DNA of 64,000 nt from a bacterium (GCA_016125045.1 WGML01000009.1:117206-181205); one strand, 5' to 3'. Shown: positions 1 to 9,985, numbered from the stretch's first letter. Notes: generated by a model from the letters alone, not told the origin. Made by a program: numbers and translations.

Positions 1-523
1 CGGCGCGAACCCAGTCCCGACCGGACACCACATCCTCGCCCCTGGGAAGGATCGGCTCCCGGATGCGGTCGAGCACGACGTCGTAGGACCCGACGATCGA
101 GATTTCGCGATCTGTCTCCGCCTTCGCGACCAGCTTCTCGACCGCGTCCCGACGGATCAGATCATCGGCGCAAAGCCACTGCACATAGGCGGCGGTCGCC
201 GGCACGAGCCGCATCGCCGCATTCCAGTTGTCCACCTGTTTCAGAACGGCGGTGTTGCGTTCAACCTGGAGCGGCACGCGGCCGCCCCTGAAGCGCTCGA
301 TGATCTCTGCTGTCCCGTCGGTGCTCGCATTATCCAGGATCAGATGGACGAGGTTTGGATAGGTCTGACGCTGCACACACTGCATCGTCGCCTCAAGATA
401 CTTCTCGCCGTTATAGACGGGCGTCACGATCACAACCAATGGAAGGGCCTTGGCGGCGGAGGCCGTCGGGGACGCACCCTCCTGATCTGCGACCACGGAC
501 TGAGTGACCGAAGTGAGCTGCAT
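1..523 (-). CDS. Glycosyltransferase family 2, N-terminal part (the gene runs off the window start)
   Basis: Not in the ORF track. My reverse-strand translation from the ATG (complement of cat 521-523) gives MQLTSVTQS...LPLVVIVTPVYNGEKYLEATMQCVQRQTYPNLVHLILDNASTDGTAEIIERF... This is a typical GT-A/GT2 N-terminus (TPxYN ... DxxSTDGT). Confidence 0.8.
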   Translation of the reverse strand, partial: MQLTSVTQSVVADQEGASPTASAAKALPLVVIVTPVYNGEKYLEATMQCVQRQTYPNLVHLILDNASTDGTAEIIERFRGGRVPLQVERNTAVLKQVDNWNAAMRLVPATAAYVQWLCADDLIRRDAVEKLVAKAETDREISIVGSYDVVLDRIREPILPRGEDVVSGRDWVRA

Positions 524-907
524 CGACCGACCGGCTCCCAACATTCCGCTACCGGACTTCCGCGTCGCGGCTCTTAGACCACCCGACGCAAGTTTTGCAC
601 AAGACATTTCGCCTCTCGCACGACACTGGACCCGCCAATGACACGTTCCAGAAGCTGATCTCGTTCGACACTCGGCGAGCTTGGCTGCAAGGCGCATACC
701 ATTCCAGGACGAACATCCTCGGTTCTCCGCTATGCCCCTTTGGCAACACGCGCGCACAAAAATTGCACGGATCGCGCGAGCGAAAGTGACGCAAACACCC
801 CGCACGGTTAGTGTTCACGGGTGTTAAACCAAATTGGCGAACAAAAGCGGGTTACAGGGAAGACCAATGGGCGACGCCTCGCCCCCCTGTCGCAACCGCG
901 GGGAGAC

Positions 908-2194
908 ATGACAATGAACCGCAAGCTTCTCGTTCTCGGGGTGGTCAGCACGATCGCCGCCCCCTCGGCGTTCGCACAGGCGAACGATGATTTCTTCGCG
1001 CGGGACCGCTACACGGCCGTCACGGATCGGCCTCAGCCTGAATTCGACGCGGTGCCCCTGCGTCTCGGGACGTTCACCTTCGAGCCCGCCGTCACGGTCG
1101 GCGTGTCGACCGATTCCAACGTGCTTGCATCGGGCGTGCGGGAGGTCGACGACCTCATCTTCGTCGTCAAACCGGAATTCAGCCTCAACTCCGACTGGGG
1201 ACGCAACTTCCTTGGCGTCAACTTCACCGCCACCAATCGCGAATACCAGGACGTGTCAGCCGACTCCGGCGCGGACATCGAGACCGCTGTGCGCGGCCGC
1301 CTCGATGTGACCCGCGATTTCACGCTCGACGCGGAAGCCCGCTCCGGCAGCTTCCTCGAACCGCGCGTCGCCTTCGCCGCTCTCGAAGGCGCGGCGGAGC
1401 CCGTTCACTTTGACCGCACCAGCGCCCAGATCGGCGCGCAGTATCGCCGGTCACGCATCCTCCTGCGCGGCGACGTCACGGTCACAGACGCAAATTACGA
1501 TGCGGTCGCCGCGATCGGCGGCGGCTCCTTCTCGCAGGACTTCCGGGACACCACGGACACCGCCTATCAGGGTCAGGTCTCCTATGCGACGTCTCCCAGC
1601 GTCGCCGTGTTCCTGCGCACCACCTTCACCGACCGGAACGGGTCGGGCGTCGGCGGCTTCAACAGGGATACTCAGGCGACCAACGTTCAGGTCGGAACCA
1701 ATTTCGAACTCGCGACTCTGGTGCGCGGCGACATCGCGGTCGGCGTCCTGCAGGAAGACCGCGCCGATCCCCGCCTGTCCGACTTCGACGGGTTCTCGGC
1801 CAACGCGCGCGTCCTCTGGTTCCCGTCTCAGCTCGCGACCGTCACCTTCCGCGCGGAACGCGCGTCATTCGATCCGGGCTTCTTCAACACCTCGACCGCG
1901 TTCAACACCCAGCTCGGCGCCCATGTCGACTACGAACTGCGCCGCAATGTGTTGGTGTTCGGCGACGTGGCCCGCTTCGATGTGGACTACCAGACGAATG
2001 TCGACTTCCTCGGCAATCCGTTCACCCGCAAGGATGAACGCTGGGAGACGTCCGCGGGCGTCGCCTACAAGCTCAACCGGAATGCGCGCATCGAGGCGGG
2101 CGTCTCCTATCTCGACCAGACCGCGAACGGCGCGCCGGCTGCCGATACCTATGACCGGACGATCTTCTCGATCGGTCTGAAGGTAAATCCGTAA
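908..2194 (+). CDS. Outer-membrane beta-barrel protein, probably polysaccharide-associated
   Basis: ORF 821..2194. The internal ATG at 908 follows a GGGGAG Shine-Dalgarno site. Signal peptide MTMNRKLLVLGVVSTIAAPSAFA-Q. The protein shows alternating beta-strand patterning and ends ...IFSIGLKVNP. It is divergent from the GT2 gene. Confidence 0.65.
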   Translation: MTMNRKLLVLGVVSTIAAPSAFAQANDDFFARDRYTAVTDRPQPEFDAVPLRLGTFTFEPAVTVGVSTDSNVLASGVREVDDLIFVVKPEFSLNSDWGRNFLGVNFTATNREYQDVSADSGADIETAVRGRLDVTRDFTLDAEARSGSFLEPRVAFAALEGAAEPVHFDRTSAQIGAQYRRSRILLRGDVTVTDANYDAVAAIGGGSFSQDFRDTTDTAYQGQVSYATSPSVAVFLRTTFTDRNGSGVGGFNRDTQATNVQVGTNFELATLVRGDIAVGVLQEDRADPRLSDFDGFSANARVLWFPSQLATVTFRAERASFDPGFFNTSTAFNTQLGAHVDYELRRNVLVFGDVARFDVDYQTNVDFLGNPFTRKDERWETSAGVAYKLNRNARIEAGVSYLDQTANGAPAADTYDRTIFSIGLKVNP

Positions 2195-2215
2195 GTTTCT
2201 GCCCGTTTTGCACGG

Positions 2216-2240
2216 CTCCCCGGGCGGTCCGCCCGGGGAG
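2216..2240. terminator. Bidirectional hairpin between convergent genes
   Basis: ctccccgggcg-gtc-cgcccggggag forms a perfect 11-bp GC-rich stem. It lies between the stop codons at 2194 (+) and 2264 (-). Confidence 0.6.
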
Positions 2241-2263
2241 CGCCCCGCCTCAACGACGAACGA

Positions 2264-2689
2264 CTACTTCGCGCTGCCGGCATCCGCTCCGGCGTCTGCG
2301 GGCGTCGCCTCATCATTCCACTTGTAGATGCGCCGGATCACGCACGACCCGTCAAAGCGGGAGTCGGTGACCACGTTGTCGCCGCGTTGCAGGCAGGATG
2401 ACCCGCCGCGCTGCACCAGGCCGACGCTCAGGAACGCGTCATCCGGCTGGCATGTCCCGAGCAGCTCCAGCTTGTAGACATCCTTGACGCCCCGCTCCAC
2501 GAGAATGGAGTCATCGTCGAGTTCCCGCCAGTTGCGGATCATGCTGGTGAAGCAGATCTGGCGCACTTCCTCGCCCTGACGAGGATCCACCTTTTCATCC
2601 GCCCTGGCGGTTTCGGCCGCGGGCGATTGGCAGGCGGCGAGAAGCACTCCGGCGACGAGCGAGGCGGCGATCGGGAACCTTCCGGACAT
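2264..2689 (-). CDS. Lipoprotein of unknown function (resembles the DUF6491 family, from memory)
   Basis: The ATG at 2689 follows an AAAGGAG Shine-Dalgarno site. Lipobox MSGRFPIAASLVAGVLLAAC. Conserved-looking core: QICFTSMIRNWRELDDDSILVERG...YKLELLGTC. Confidence 0.65.
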   Translation of the reverse strand: MSGRFPIAASLVAGVLLAACQSPAAETARADEKVDPRQGEEVRQICFTSMIRNWRELDDDSILVERGVKDVYKLELLGTCQPDDAFLSVGLVQRGGSSCLQRGDNVVTDSRFDGSCVIRRIYKWNDEATPADAGADAGSAK

Positions 2690-2877
2690 GGTCGACACTC
2701 CTTTCCAACTGGGTTGCGGGCGACAATGCGACGGCAACCGGGCTCGATTGTGGCGACCGGGATGCTGAACCCCACCTGAACGCGTATCAAACAGGCCTGA
2801 AACACGCTTCCTACCGCGGGCCCTTCGAGGATAAGAATGTCCTTAACCAGGGAACAACTGGCGGGAGGGACGAGATA

Positions 2878-3135
2878 ATGATCAGGACATGGGCCTTGGC
2901 CGGCGCGCTCGCGGCGCTCACGGCGGGATGCGCAACAGCGGGCGGTGGAGCAGCGGAGCCCGCTTCCACCGCCGGCCTGGAATGCCGCACATCCACGCCG
3001 ACCGGCAGCACGATTCCCAAGCGGACGTGCCGCAGCCCTGAGGCTTGGGCCGCAACGGACGCCGAAGCCAGCAAGGGCGTCGAAGAGATCGATCGCCAGC
3101 TCCGCTCGGCCACCGGGACCACACAGCCCAACTGA
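2878..3135 (+). CDS. Small lipoprotein with a GLECR...GS.I..R.C motif; paralogue of 15916..16191
   Basis: GGAGGGA Shine-Dalgarno site upstream. Lipobox ALAALTAGC. Shares GLECRxxTxxGSxIxxRTC...W with the 15916 ORF. Confidence 0.65.
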   Translation: MIRTWALAGALAALTAGCATAGGGAAEPASTAGLECRTSTPTGSTIPKRTCRSPEAWAATDAEASKGVEEIDRQLRSATGTTQPN

Positions 3136-3239
3136 TCCTTCCGGACGCCTCTCCTCTGCAGCGCCGCCTTTGCGTTCCATGACGAATCAGAAAGTGTTGG
3201 ACAGGGCCAAGGGGGCGCGACTGCGTAGGAAGGGTCGCC

Positions 3240-3518
3240 GTGCCTCAACATTTTTTCTGCAACGCGATGCCCGTTGGCGAAATCAAGGGCGAAGTCGCGA
3301 TTGTCCGCTTTCTGATGGACAGTCCGATCGAACATGACCCGCTCGCCGGCATAGACGGGGTCTTCACTCCCCACGCGGCCCGCGCGGCCGCCGAGGTGTT
3401 CTCGCGGCTGGCGGTCGAGCTTGAGCGGCGCAGGGCGCACCCGACTCCTGTCGCGGTCTTCCCGAAGCCTCGCCGGCCCGGACGTGGTCCGTCCACAGGG
3501 GCCGCCGCGGAACAATAG
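3240..3518 (+). CDS. Hypothetical protein (weak call; alternative ATG at 3267)
   Basis: The only frame in this gap with consistently G/C-rich third positions. I recognise no family. Confidence 0.3.
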   Translation: MPQHFFCNAMPVGEIKGEVAIVRFLMDSPIEHDPLAGIDGVFTPHAARAAAEVFSRLAVELERRRAHPTPVAVFPKPRRPGRGPSTGAAAEQ

Positions 3519-3622
3519 CCCGCCCCTGCCTCGCCCAGCCGGCGGCTCGCCTCGGCCACGCCGCCGGCTGTCAGCGACCTCGCCCACTTGACCATCGGGG
3601 CCGCGTCGCGCACCAAGTCTCA

Positions 3623-5176
3623 ATGCAGAAACAGGTCTCTACCCAACGCGCCGCTCTCGCCGTGCGGAATGCGACACCCTCCGATATTCCCGCGATTCTG
3701 GCGCTCGTCGCCAAAGCCTACCCGGATTTGCCGCCCTACAGTCCCGGCATGATCCAGGGACACATCACCCATTTTCCCGAAGGCCAGTTCGTCGTCGCCT
3801 ATGACGGCGCGATCGTCGGCTACGCGGCCTCCTTCCGGATCGCGGAAGACATCGCACTCAAGCCGCACACCTGGTCGGAGATCACGGGCGGCGGCTACGC
3901 CTCCCGCCACGATCCGCTCGGCGACTGGCTTTATGGAATGGAGGTCTGCGTCGATCCGGACCGTCGCCGGCTTCGGATCGGCCAGCGTTTGTATGATGCG
4001 CGCCGCCAGCTCTGCGAGGGCGAATGGCTGAAAGGCGTCGTGTTCGGCGGGCGGATGCCGAACTGGCTCAGGCGCCGCAAGGACTACCCGGATCCACTCG
4101 CCTATGTCGCCGCCGTGCGCGAGCGCAAGATCGTCGACCCGATCGTCAATTTTCATTTGCGCGCAGGTTTCGAACCGATTGGCGTTCTCCAGCACTACCT
4201 GCCGAGCGACGCCGCATCCGGCGGGTTCGCCACCCATATGGTCTGGCGCAATCCTTATGCGGAGGAAGTGCGAACCAAGTCCGCGCTCGCGCACGGCCAG
4301 AAGGATTCCGTTCGCGTGGCGACGGTCCAGTTCCAACAGCGGATGGTGTCCAGTTTCGAGCAGTTCATCTCGAATGTGGAGTATTTCGTCGACATCTGCG
4401 CTGACTATCGCAGCGACTTCGTGGTGTTCCCGGAGCTGTTCACCCTGCAGCTCCTCGCCCTGGAACCGCGTCGCCTTTCCCCCGCGGAGTCGATCGAGGC
4501 GCTGACCGCCTACACGCCGCGCTTCACCAAGGCGATGCGGGAAATGGCGATCAGCTACAACATCAATATCATCGGCGGGTCCCATCCGACGCGAACCGAC
4601 GACGGAGACATCCAGAACGTCGCCTACATTTTCCTCCGGGACGGATCCGTGCACGAGCAGGAGAAGGTCCATCCGACTCCCAACGAAAAGCGCTGGTGGG
4701 GCATCAAGGGCGGCGACACGATTTCCTCGATCAGCACCGATTGCGGCCCGATCGGCGTCCTCATCTGTTACGACAGCGAGTTCCCGGAGCTCGCCCGCCG
4801 CCTCGCCGATGAGGGCGCCCGGATCCTGTTCGTGCCGTTCTGCACCGATAACCGCCAGGGCTATATGCGCGTGCGCTACTGCTGCCAGGCCCGCGCGATC
4901 GAGAACCAGCTTTATGTTGTCCTCTCCGGCAATGTCGGAAATCTGCCCAACGTCGAAAACATGGACATCCAGTACGCCCAGTCCGCCATTCTCACTCCGT
5001 GCGACTTCCCATTCGCACGTGACGGGATCGCCGCCGAAGCAACCGAAAACGTGGAAACCGTCACCATCGCCGACCTGGACCTCAACGACCTGTCCTGGGC
5101 CCGCGCTCAAGGCACGGTTCAGAATATGCGCGACCGCCGGTTCGACCTTTACAAAACGGTCTGGATGAAGACTTGA
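3623..5176 (+). CDS. Bifunctional GNAT N-acetyltransferase / carbon-nitrogen hydrolase (nitrilase superfamily)
   Basis: The N-terminus looks GNAT-like (VCVDPDRRRLRIGQRLY). The C-terminus looks like a CN-hydrolase (VVFPELF..., VLICYDSEFPELARRL, the catalytic Cys context). Confidence 0.85.
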   Translation: MQKQVSTQRAALAVRNATPSDIPAILALVAKAYPDLPPYSPGMIQGHITHFPEGQFVVAYDGAIVGYAASFRIAEDIALKPHTWSEITGGGYASRHDPLGDWLYGMEVCVDPDRRRLRIGQRLYDARRQLCEGEWLKGVVFGGRMPNWLRRRKDYPDPLAYVAAVRERKIVDPIVNFHLRAGFEPIGVLQHYLPSDAASGGFATHMVWRNPYAEEVRTKSALAHGQKDSVRVATVQFQQRMVSSFEQFISNVEYFVDICADYRSDFVVFPELFTLQLLALEPRRLSPAESIEALTAYTPRFTKAMREMAISYNINIIGGSHPTRTDDGDIQNVAYIFLRDGSVHEQEKVHPTPNEKRWWGIKGGDTISSISTDCGPIGVLICYDSEFPELARRLADEGARILFVPFCTDNRQGYMRVRYCCQARAIENQLYVVLSGNVGNLPNVENMDIQYAQSAILTPCDFPFARDGIAAEATENVETVTIADLDLNDLSWARAQGTVQNMRDRRFDLYKTVWMKT

Positions 5177-6453
5177 CGGCGACCTTCGCCACCAGCCGCA
5201 AGGCGAGACTTTCCGGGCTCTTCCTCCTCTATGCGGCCCAGGGCGCTCCCGAGGGGCTTCTCTATGTGGCCGTGCCCGCCTGGCTCGGTGCGAACGGGGT
5301 CCCGGCCGAGGCGGTCGCGGGATACATCGCCGTCATCCTGCTGCCGTGGAGCCTGAAACTCTTCAACGGTGTGCTCATGGACCGCATCACCTTCCTTCCC
5401 ATGGGACGCCGCCGGCCATGGCTGATCGGCGCTCAAACCGTTCTTGTGCTGACCCTGCTGGGTTTTGGCGCCCGCGCGCCCGAGGGCGCGGACCTCGCCT
5501 GGATCACGGCCGCGGGCTTCCTCGTGAATCTCTCGGCGGCATTCCAGGACGTCGCCATCGACGGCATGGCGATCGACACCGTCCCCGAAGACGAGCGCGC
5601 CCGTGCGAACGGCGTAATGTGGGGCGGCAAGACGCTGGGGATCGGCGGCGCGTCCGTCGCGACGGGATACATCATCGCGGCTGAGGGTTTCGCCGCGGCC
5701 GCCCTCGCGACGGCGGCGTTTGTCGCCCTTGTGATGCTCGTCCCGCTCCTGTGGCGCGAACGACCCGGCGAGCGGCTGTTGCCGTGGTCGGCCGGAGAAG
5801 CTTCGACTGAGGCCCGCACCCGCCAGCTGACGAGCTGGGCGCCCATCCTGCGCGACCTGATCGCCGCCCTGATCCGTCCGCAGAGCATGCTGCTGGCGCT
5901 TGGGATATTTGTCGCGCTCATCGGTTACGGCCTCGACACCGCGTTCGGACCGCTTCTCGCGGTGCAGGACCTCGAATGGGAGCAGGAACGCTATGGCGCG
6001 CTGGCCGGCGCATCAAACCTCGCGGGCGGACTGTTCGGCGTATTCGCTGCGGGCGTCATCGCGGATCGACTGGGTCCGGGGCGTGCGCTCATCATCACGC
6101 TCGTCGGCGTCGCGTTGCTGCAAGGAGGAATGGGGGCGACCTCGCACCTGTGGAGCGCCCCTTGGGTCTTTTCGGGATACACAATCCTCTACTCGCTTCT
6201 GTTCGTTATGATGTCGGTGTGCATCTACGCCCAGGCGATGGCGGCGAGCGCGCCATCGGTCGCCGCGACCCAGTTCTCCGTCTTCATGGCGATCCTCAAC
6301 CTCGGAACGTCCTTCGGGGCGGGCCGACTGGACGTGATCAAGCCCGCCTTCGGATATGAAGGCGCCTTCCTGGCCGCCGCCGCTGCGGCGCTTGCTGGAG
6401 CGGTCCTGTTTGCGCTGTCCAGCCGGCTGTCGGCGCGCGCCCCTGCGCGATGA
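5173..6453 (+). CDS. MFS transporter (AmpG/PAT-like)
   Basis: About 12 hydrophobic segments. The TTG start overlaps the upstream stop (cTTGAcg). GLFLLYAAQGAPEGLLYVAVPAWL resembles AmpG-family proteins. Confidence 0.8.
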   Translation: MTATFATSRKARLSGLFLLYAAQGAPEGLLYVAVPAWLGANGVPAEAVAGYIAVILLPWSLKLFNGVLMDRITFLPMGRRRPWLIGAQTVLVLTLLGFGARAPEGADLAWITAAGFLVNLSAAFQDVAIDGMAIDTVPEDERARANGVMWGGKTLGIGGASVATGYIIAAEGFAAAALATAAFVALVMLVPLLWRERPGERLLPWSAGEASTEARTRQLTSWAPILRDLIAALIRPQSMLLALGIFVALIGYGLDTAFGPLLAVQDLEWEQERYGALAGASNLAGGLFGVFAAGVIADRLGPGRALIITLVGVALLQGGMGATSHLWSAPWVFSGYTILYSLLFVMMSVCIYAQAMAASAPSVAATQFSVFMAILNLGTSFGAGRLDVIKPAFGYEGAFLAAAAAALAGAVLFALSSRLSARAPAR

Positions 6454-6824
6454 AAGGCCGCAAGGAGCACCGGCCCGATCCCGTGCGATCTCCGCTCACG
6501 GTATGGGTGCACAGAGGGGTTGATGCGCCCGCCTACCGCGCCACGATCTTCGATCCGCCGCTCCCCGGCCCTGCCCCTTCGCGCGGCTGGCCGATCTGGA
6601 TCGTCGAACACCGCGGACGCGAACTGGTGTTCGCCTCACCAGAGGAGATTCGCCACGCCATCGATGTTCTTGGACGCCGCGTGATGCCCCGTGCGCGCGA
6701 TCTTGCCGGCCCTCACCTCCCGCGCAACCGACACTGGCTGTCCCGGCTGCACTCGAGCTGGAAGTCCTGGAAGGTTCGCCAACGCCTCACGAAAACGCTC
6801 GCGCGGCTCCTGACCGAAGGCTGA
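6450..6824 (+). CDS. Hypothetical protein
   Basis: ATGA start/stop overlap with the MFS gene. Coding-like third-position GC. No recognised domain. Confidence 0.45.
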   Translation: MKGRKEHRPDPVRSPLTVWVHRGVDAPAYRATIFDPPLPGPAPSRGWPIWIVEHRGRELVFASPEEIRHAIDVLGRRVMPRARDLAGPHLPRNRHWLSRLHSSWKSWKVRQRLTKTLARLLTEG

Positions 6825-6858
6825 TCAACCGCACGGACCAATGGGTTGCGGCGACCGC

Positions 6859-7953
6859 TCAGCGGCCCTCTTCCGCCGTCACCGAGGCCACGACACCGCC
6901 ACGTTTCTCCTGCATCCGCGCGCCAGCGAGAATGCCCTCGAAAGAGTAATTCCCTTCGTGGCAGGCGTACTCATAGAGCGGCTGATCGGTCTTGTTGAAC
7001 GCCATCTCTCCCCGCCATGTCTGGGTGTACAGGGTCGGATCCTCGACGATGAATTCATAGACGATCTGGTCGTCCGACCAGCGTGTGAATCTCTCGGTCA
7101 CCTTGCCCTCGGACGAAATATAGCCCCGCTGCATGGGGTGCATGTTTCGCGTCTCGATGACCAGCGTGTCGCCCTCATACCAGCCGATGGAGTCTCCGAG
7201 CCACGGCTTGATAACGTCCGGCCGGACCCGCTCGCGGGTGATGGGAATGATCCGCGCATCGTGCACCATTTCAACCAAAATCATAACGTGATCAGGGGCT
7301 TGCACGATCTGATAGGTGTTGTTGTAGAGCACGTTCTGCATCACCGGACCGCCGGTGTTGCCAAACCCGATCAGGCAGCGCTCGCCGATCGGGCGGGTTT
7401 CCGGCCCATCGAAACTCCCGTAATTCGTCTGGATCGGTCCCGGCCCCTGCACCGTCACGCCATCCGCGCCGGCGCCGCCGGTCGGGCGGGCGGGTTGGGC
7501 GGCGGGGCGACGCGGCTGGGGCCGGTTCTTGTACGGAATGCGTCCATCCGCGGGCTCGACAATCCACGATGAGCGAAGCTCGCCGCGCACCTTCGCAACC
7601 TTGGTTCCCGGGTCGACCCAGAACGCGTTATAGCCGCCGCCGGACAGGAGGTCCGTGCCGTCGAGCAGCGTCGTGTCTTTCGGATCCGCCGGCTTTGCGT
7701 CCTCGCGTGTCCGGTTGTTGTAATAGTCCGCGCCTTCAAGCTTCGCCGCCTGCTCGGGGGTGAGGACGAGCGTCTCGGCGAGGGGATCGCGCTGCATGTC
7801 CGTGATCGAGGAATTGCTCCAGAACCCCTGCAGGTCCGGGCGTCCGTCGGGCATGCGGGCCGGCGTGTAGCCCGGCGCCGTGGTCTGCGCGGCGGCGGAG
7901 GCGGCCAGTGCGCAACTGAAGGTCAGGGCTGAAACGATCGACTTGATGAACAT
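6859..7953 (-). CDS. Secreted protein of unknown function, paralogue 1 of 4 (ERCLIGFG / YEYACHEGNY family)
   Basis: The ATG at 7953 follows an AGAGGGA Shine-Dalgarno site. Signal peptide MFIKSIVSALTFSCALAASAAAQ. Long conserved blocks are shared with 12060, 13291 and 14642. Confidence 0.85.
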   Translation of the reverse strand: MFIKSIVSALTFSCALAASAAAQTTAPGYTPARMPDGRPDLQGFWSNSSITDMQRDPLAETLVLTPEQAAKLEGADYYNNRTREDAKPADPKDTTLLDGTDLLSGGGYNAFWVDPGTKVAKVRGELRSSWIVEPADGRIPYKNRPQPRRPAAQPARPTGGAGADGVTVQGPGPIQTNYGSFDGPETRPIGERCLIGFGNTGGPVMQNVLYNNTYQIVQAPDHVMILVEMVHDARIIPITRERVRPDVIKPWLGDSIGWYEGDTLVIETRNMHPMQRGYISSEGKVTERFTRWSDDQIVYEFIVEDPTLYTQTWRGEMAFNKTDQPLYEYACHEGNYSFEGILAGARMQEKRGGVVASVTAEEGR

Positions 7954-8272
7954 GGCGTGCTCCCTCTTTGGTCGCGGACAGGCGCGCGTCTTGTCCGGCG
8001 CGCCTCGCCGCATGGAATCTGCGCCAACATGCGGTAAAACGTCTCTGCGATGCAATCGGACAAACCGGACCGGCGGAGCTTGCGTACGTTTTTTGCATTC
8101 CGAAGCCGTATATTCGCCCTCCGGATCGCTTGCCGGCCGTCCATGCGACAGCGTGCATGACCGGGGGGTGAGGAGTGGGCGTCAGGAACGGTTTCGGCGC
8201 GGGTTTGAGTGATGTTTGGGCGATGGCTTCATCACGGGGCCGCCGCCGGGGACCAGACGAAGGGACGACAAG

Positions 8273-9967
8273 ATGGACGGATCGATGGCGGCTGGCCCGG
8301 TGCTCTCTGATCTGCGCGGCCTGATGCGCGAAGGCGCGACGGCGGCGGAGACCTATTTCCTCGCGGTCCGCAAGGCCGTCGCCGGCAAGGTCGCGCCCGC
8401 CGGCAAGGTCGACCGCACGCTCATCGACGTCGAACAACGCGCCACCCACGGCCTCGCCTGGGTGCTGACCTATGTCGAAACGCTGAAAGAGGTCGCCAAC
8501 TGGGCGGACCGTCTCGCCGCAGCCGGCAAGTGGGGCGAAACGGAACAGCTGCTCTCCCAGATCCTCTTCGGCGAATACCTGAACCAGCTCGCCGGCGGCC
8601 TGCCGATGACCCAGGTCGAGATCGTGCGCCCGCTCGACATGACGGCGGAAGCATCGATCACCGCGCCGTTGCTCGCGCCCGCCGTGACGACCCTCATGAC
8701 TGGCGGAAACACCCCCGCGGCCCGGCTGCGGGCGGCGGAACTGATCCGCGAAGCGCAGGGCCGGGCGACGGTCGAGAACACCGGGCTCGACGAAACCTAT
8801 GAAATGATCCGCGACCAGTTCCGCCGCTTCGGCGAGGAGCGCGTCGTTCCTTACGCTCATGACTGGCATCTGAAGGATGAACTCATCCCCGACGCCGTCG
8901 TCAACGAAATGGGCGAGATGGGTGTCTTCGGCCTCACCATCCCTGAAGCCTATGGCGGGCTCGGCATGGGCAAGACCGCGATGTGCGTCGTCTCGGAGGA
9001 GCTGTCGCGCGCCTATATCGGCGTCGGCTCGCTCGGCACGCGCTCCGAGATCGCCGCCGAACTCGTCCTCGTCGGCGGAACCGAGGCGCAGAAGCAGGCA
9101 TGGCTGCCCGGCATCGCTTCCGGAGCCATCCTGCCCACCGCCGTTTTCACCGAACCCAACACCGGATCGGACCTCGGTTCGCTCCGCACCCGCGCCGAGC
9201 GCGCGCCGGACGGCGGCTGGACCATCACCGGGAACAAGACCTGGATCACCCACGCGGCCCGCACCGACATGATGACCGTGCTCGCCCGCTCGGTCGCCGG
9301 CACCGACAATTTCTCCGGCCTGTCGATGTTCCTGTGCAGGAAACCGCGTGGGACGGATGAGGCTCCCTTCCCCGCCGAGGGAATGACCGGCGGCGAGATC
9401 GAGGTGCTCGGCTATCGCGGCATGAAGGAATACGAGATTGCCTTCGACGGCTTCCGCGCGCCGGCCGACGCCCTGCTCGGCGAGGTCGAGGGACAGGGCT
9501 TCCGCCACCTGATGGCGACGTTCGAGGGCGCCCGCATCCAGACCGCCGCACGCGCCATCGGGGTCGCGCAGAACGCGCTTGAACTCGGGCTCAAATATGC
9601 GCTGGAGCGCAGCCAGTTCGGCCGCCCGATCTTTGAATTCCCGCGCGTGTCCGACAAGCTCGTGATGATGGCCGCCGAACTCATCGGCGTGCGCCAGCTC
9701 ACCTATTACTCCGCGCGCCAGAAGGATGAGGGCAAGCGCTGCGATCTTGAGGCCGGCCTCGCCAAGATGCTCGCGGCGCGCGTCGCCTGGGGCGCGGCGG
9801 ACAATGCGCTGCAGATCCACGGCGGCAATGGCTTCGCGCTCGAATATCCGATCAGCCGGGTGCTGTGCGATGCGCGCATCCTCAACATCTTCGAGGGCGC
9901 GGGCGAGGTGCAGGCCATGGTCATCGCCCGCCGCACGCTGGACGAATTCCTCGCCGGGAAGAACTGA
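8273..9967 (+). CDS. Acyl-CoA dehydrogenase with an N-terminal extension
   Basis: The ACAD core motifs are all present: TEPNTGSDLGSLRTRAE, WITHA, and IHGGNGFALEYPISRVLCDARILNIFEGAGEVQ. Alternative start at 8216. Confidence 0.9.
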   Translation: MDGSMAAGPVLSDLRGLMREGATAAETYFLAVRKAVAGKVAPAGKVDRTLIDVEQRATHGLAWVLTYVETLKEVANWADRLAAAGKWGETEQLLSQILFGEYLNQLAGGLPMTQVEIVRPLDMTAEASITAPLLAPAVTTLMTGGNTPAARLRAAELIREAQGRATVENTGLDETYEMIRDQFRRFGEERVVPYAHDWHLKDELIPDAVVNEMGEMGVFGLTIPEAYGGLGMGKTAMCVVSEELSRAYIGVGSLGTRSEIAAELVLVGGTEAQKQAWLPGIASGAILPTAVFTEPNTGSDLGSLRTRAERAPDGGWTITGNKTWITHAARTDMMTVLARSVAGTDNFSGLSMFLCRKPRGTDEAPFPAEGMTGGEIEVLGYRGMKEYEIAFDGFRAPADALLGEVEGQGFRHLMATFEGARIQTAARAIGVAQNALELGLKYALERSQFGRPIFEFPRVSDKLVMMAAELIGVRQLTYYSARQKDEGKRCDLEAGLAKMLAARVAWGAADNALQIHGGNGFALEYPISRVLCDARILNIFEGAGEVQAMVIARRTLDEFLAGKN

Positions 9968-9985
9968 CGTTCGGTTGTTCCTCAC

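Noticed and set aside
741-768. Sigma-54-like TGGCAA...TTGCA in the GT2 / outer-membrane protein intergenic region
   Set aside because: The spacing between the GG and GC elements is about 16 nt longer than the strict TGGCAC-N5-TTGC geometry allows.
2811-3623. 270-aa minus-strand ORF (and overlapping ORFs) across the 3136-3622 gap
   Set aside because: It overlaps the well-supported lipoprotein gene at 2878-3135 on the opposite strand. The product is Arg/Pro/Gly-rich with no start-site support. Only the weak plus-strand ORF at 3240-3518 was kept, at low confidence.
7736-9985. 749-aa ORF on the minus strand
   Set aside because: It lies exactly antisense to the acyl-CoA dehydrogenase gene. The translation is Arg/Gly/Ala/His-rich, low-complexity and without motifs, which is typical of shadow ORFs in high-GC DNA.
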